Part shown: piece after piece, positions 15,669 to 17,123 of the stretch
Layout of the letters: each line of letters starts with the position of its first letter
Position numbering within the stretch: position 1 is the first letter of the stretch
Virus genome (UHGV): UHGV-0227332
Direction: 5' to 3' (one strand)
DNA: 17,123 bases
DNA from: a virus
Translations under genes and position numbers: made by a program
Notes under the pieces: model-generated
Seen by the model: only the letters and a program-made list of their open reading frames with translations
Database searches by the model: none
Told to the model about the DNA's origin: nothing

Positions 15669-15695
15669 CCTCGCACTCGCGGGGATTTCTTTTAT
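15669..15695 (+). terminator. Candidate intrinsic terminator after the ASCH-like gene
   Basis: CCTCGC-ACTC-GCGGGG hairpin (one G-U pair) followed by a U-rich tail (ATTTCTTTTAT). Confidence 0.4.
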
Positions 15696-15735
15696 CTGAA
15701 CTCGCTACGGCGGGTTTTGTTTTTTGGAGATGATT

Positions 15736-16035
15736 ATGGCCTGTTCAACATTCAACCCTCTAACATTACAGAAATACCAGCCAGACCCTGAAGATTTATG
15801 CTCACTGTGTGGCGGAAATCATGGTAAAGCCGCCATGATCGAATGTAAGGACAAAATCCACATTTGCCTTAATTGCGTTGATGTCCTCGTTGATATCAAA
15901 AATGAGAGAGAAGATAAAAAGCGTAGCGAGGCTGTTCGCGCCTTAGATTCATGGATGCGAGATGGGTATAGTGCTGCGCAAATTTATGACTTAGCCATTT
16001 CAAAAGGCGAAATACCAGGTGTGCGAATCGAATAA
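15736..16035 (+). CDS. Hypothetical zinc-ribbon-like protein, 99 aa
   Basis: ATG 5 nt after GGAG. Two Cys pairs (CSLCGG ... CLNC) suggest a zinc ribbon. The ORF-track TTG start at 15724 was rejected in favour of the RBS-supported ATG. Confidence 0.55.
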   Translation: MACSTFNPLTLQKYQPDPEDLCSLCGGNHGKAAMIECKDKIHICLNCVDVLVDIKNEREDKKRSEAVRALDSWMRDGYSAAQIYDLAISKGEIPGVRIE

Positions 16036-16070
16036 GAAGCGCACTCAAGCATCTTTTGGAGAAATCACAA

Positions 16071-16238
16071 ATGCACTTCCGAGTCACAGGTGAATGGAAT
16101 GGAGAGCCATTCAACAGAGTTATCGAAGCCGAGAACATCAGCGACTGCTATGACCACTGGATGCTGTGGGCGCAGATAGCACATGCAGACGTAACCAATA
16201 TTCGAATTGAAGAACTGAAAGAACACCAAGCCGCCTGA
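16071..16238 (+). CDS. Possible small protein, 55 aa
   Basis: ATG after GGAG (9-nt spacing). Its stop codon sits in the loop of the downstream terminator. Confidence 0.4.
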   Translation: MHFRVTGEWNGEPFNRVIEAENISDCYDHWMLWAQIAHADVTNIRIEELKEHQAA

Positions 16239-16252
16239 TGGCGGTTTTTTAT
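16230..16252 (+). terminator. Intrinsic terminator
   Basis: CCGCC-TGAT-GGCGG hairpin followed by TTTTTTATT. Confidence 0.55.
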
Positions 16253-16264
16253 TGGAGACAAGAA

Positions 16265-16609
16265 ATGTCAGATTTGGCTATGAAGGTTTTGAAATGGCAA
16301 TCGACAGGCGATGTCGGCATCAGTAGCGCAACTCTTGCCTCAATCGCATGTGGACTGAAAAAGAATATCTATGGTCATCACTTCGGCGCTCCACATGACG
16401 CAGCCGATTTCCGGCGATGCGTTGCACTTGTTGAGCAGATTCCAGAAATCAGAGATTCATTCGGCAAGGTTGCAAAGCGCGTTCCGGCATTCAAAGGAAT
16501 CCTCAACGAATGGGATTCACTCGTTGCTCTGTTGAAGTCTGAAATGAAGATACACGGAAACAAAGCACCAGAGACTTACAGAAGAATTAGCGAGTTACGC
16601 AAGGACTAA
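16265..16609 (+). CDS. Hypothetical protein, 114 aa, bracketed by terminators (moron-like)
   Basis: ATG 8 nt after GGAG; terminators both upstream and downstream. The ORF-track start at 16238 lies inside the upstream terminator stem. Confidence 0.6.
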   Translation: MSDLAMKVLKWQSTGDVGISSATLASIACGLKKNIYGHHFGAPHDAADFRRCVALVEQIPEIRDSFGKVAKRVPAFKGILNEWDSLVALLKSEMKIHGNKAPETYRRISELRKD

Positions 16610-16668
16610 CCACAGCCTCACACTCGATGAGGCCTGTTCATTTCTCAAGATATCCAGACCTGCCATTG

Positions 16669-16689
16669 CCGCATCAATGCGGTTTTTTT
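16669..16689 (+). terminator. Intrinsic terminator (preceded by a second hairpin at 16615-16633)
   Basis: CCGCA-TCAA-TGCGG hairpin followed by a T7 run. An additional 6-bp stem GCCTCA/TGAGGC lies at 16615-16633, right after the preceding stop codon. Confidence 0.6.
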
Positions 16690-16734
16690 ATTGCCTGATT
16701 TGCAGGTTCGATTCCCTATTCGGAGATAGCACTC

Positions 16735-16935
16735 ATGCAACACGAACTACAACCTGATTCACTGGTTGATTTGAAATTCATCATGGCTGATACTGGCTTC
16801 GGTAAAACCTTCATCTACGACCGGATTAAGTCCGGCGACCTGCCAAAAGCCAAAGTTATCCACGGGCGAGCAAGATGGTTATATCGTGACCATTGTGAAT
16901 TCAAAAATAAGCTCTTAAGCCGCGCCAATGGGTAA
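16735..16935 (+). CDS. torI: TorI-like excisionase / recombination directionality factor (AlpA-Xis family), 66 aa
   Basis: MQHELQPDSLVDLKFIMADTGFGKTFIYDRIKSGDLPKAKVIHGRARWLYRDHCEFKNKLLSRANG matches E. coli KplE1 TorI from memory, a winged-helix excisionase. Located at the prophage end next to a tRNA-like core. Confidence 0.85.
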   Translation: MQHELQPDSLVDLKFIMADTGFGKTFIYDRIKSGDLPKAKVIHGRARWLYRDHCEFKNKLLSRANG

Positions 16936-17008
16936 AATAGCGGGTAAAATATTTCTTACATCTAAAAAACATCATTCCAATCAATCCCCTGCCGCGCCAA
17001 GTAGATGT

Positions 17009-17023
17009 CTGCAGGGGACACCA
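17009..17023 (+). other. Candidate attachment-site core: 15-nt identity to a tRNA-Arg 3' end (CTGCAGGGGACACCA)
   Basis: The sequence ends in ...GGGGACACCA, matching the acceptor-stem 3' half and CCA of E. coli argW as I recall it. It lies 74 bp downstream of the torI stop, where KplE1-type att cores are found. Confidence 0.45.
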
Positions 17024-17123
17024 TTCTTGTGTTTATCCCTAAAACCACGTAAAAACCGTAAATTATTAAATTCGCACTAGCAATGCCGAATAAGGCACAC
17101 CAGGAACTCGTGGTCTTATTCAT

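Noticed and set aside
15701-15726. T-rich stretch (GGGTTTTGTTTTTT) considered as a second terminator before the zinc-ribbon gene
   Set aside because: No stable stem precedes the T-run (only a 3-bp pairing), so it is not called as a terminator. The hairpin at 15669-15695 is the better candidate.
16970-17123. Minus-strand open frame running in from the window edge across the att core
   Set aside because: It reads through the tRNA-like core and may simply be an edge artefact, or part of a flanking gene that cannot be judged without sequence beyond 17123.

Overview
This window reads as the early half of a mosaic lambdoid prophage, shown reverse-complemented relative to the standard lambda map. 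All identity calls are by eye from the translations and my memory of lambda, P22 and E. coli prophage proteins; no database search was run. Coordinates were counted by hand and may be off by a base or two.

Layout, left to right:
- 289-520 (minus): lambda-type late promoter PR', qut, 6S leader and terminator tR'.
- 560-3887 (minus): Q and a nin region (NinH, RusA, YbcO-like, Rha/KilAC antirepressor, NinF, an extra 135-aa ORF, NinE, NinB).
- 3899-4595 (minus): three tiny coupled ORFs (membrane / acidic / membrane).
- 4672-7520 (minus): a non-lambda replication module - TOPRIM primase fused to a DnaB-like helicase, plus an O-type initiator carrying ori iterons inside its own gene.
- 7692-9630: lambda cII, then a P22-type immunity cassette (Cro, divergent operators, C2-like repressor, PL/OL, nutL and nutR, N-like antiterminator).
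- 9639-16609 (plus): the early-left operon - a terminator-gated coiled-coil protein, CIII, Kil, RecT, a Gp157-like partner, Ea22/DUF551 proteins and several terminator-bracketed small cargo genes including an ASCH-domain protein.
- 16700-17023: a TorI-like excisionase followed by a 15-nt tRNA 3'-end-like core, the likely attachment site.

No CRISPR array, complete tRNA or rRNA gene, or transposase was seen. I could not identify a complete known defence system. The best candidates for undescribed function are the small-ORF triad at 3899-4595, the terminator-bracketed cargo at 15103-16690, the coiled-coil protein at 10200-11168, and the split tRNA-like segments around torI.
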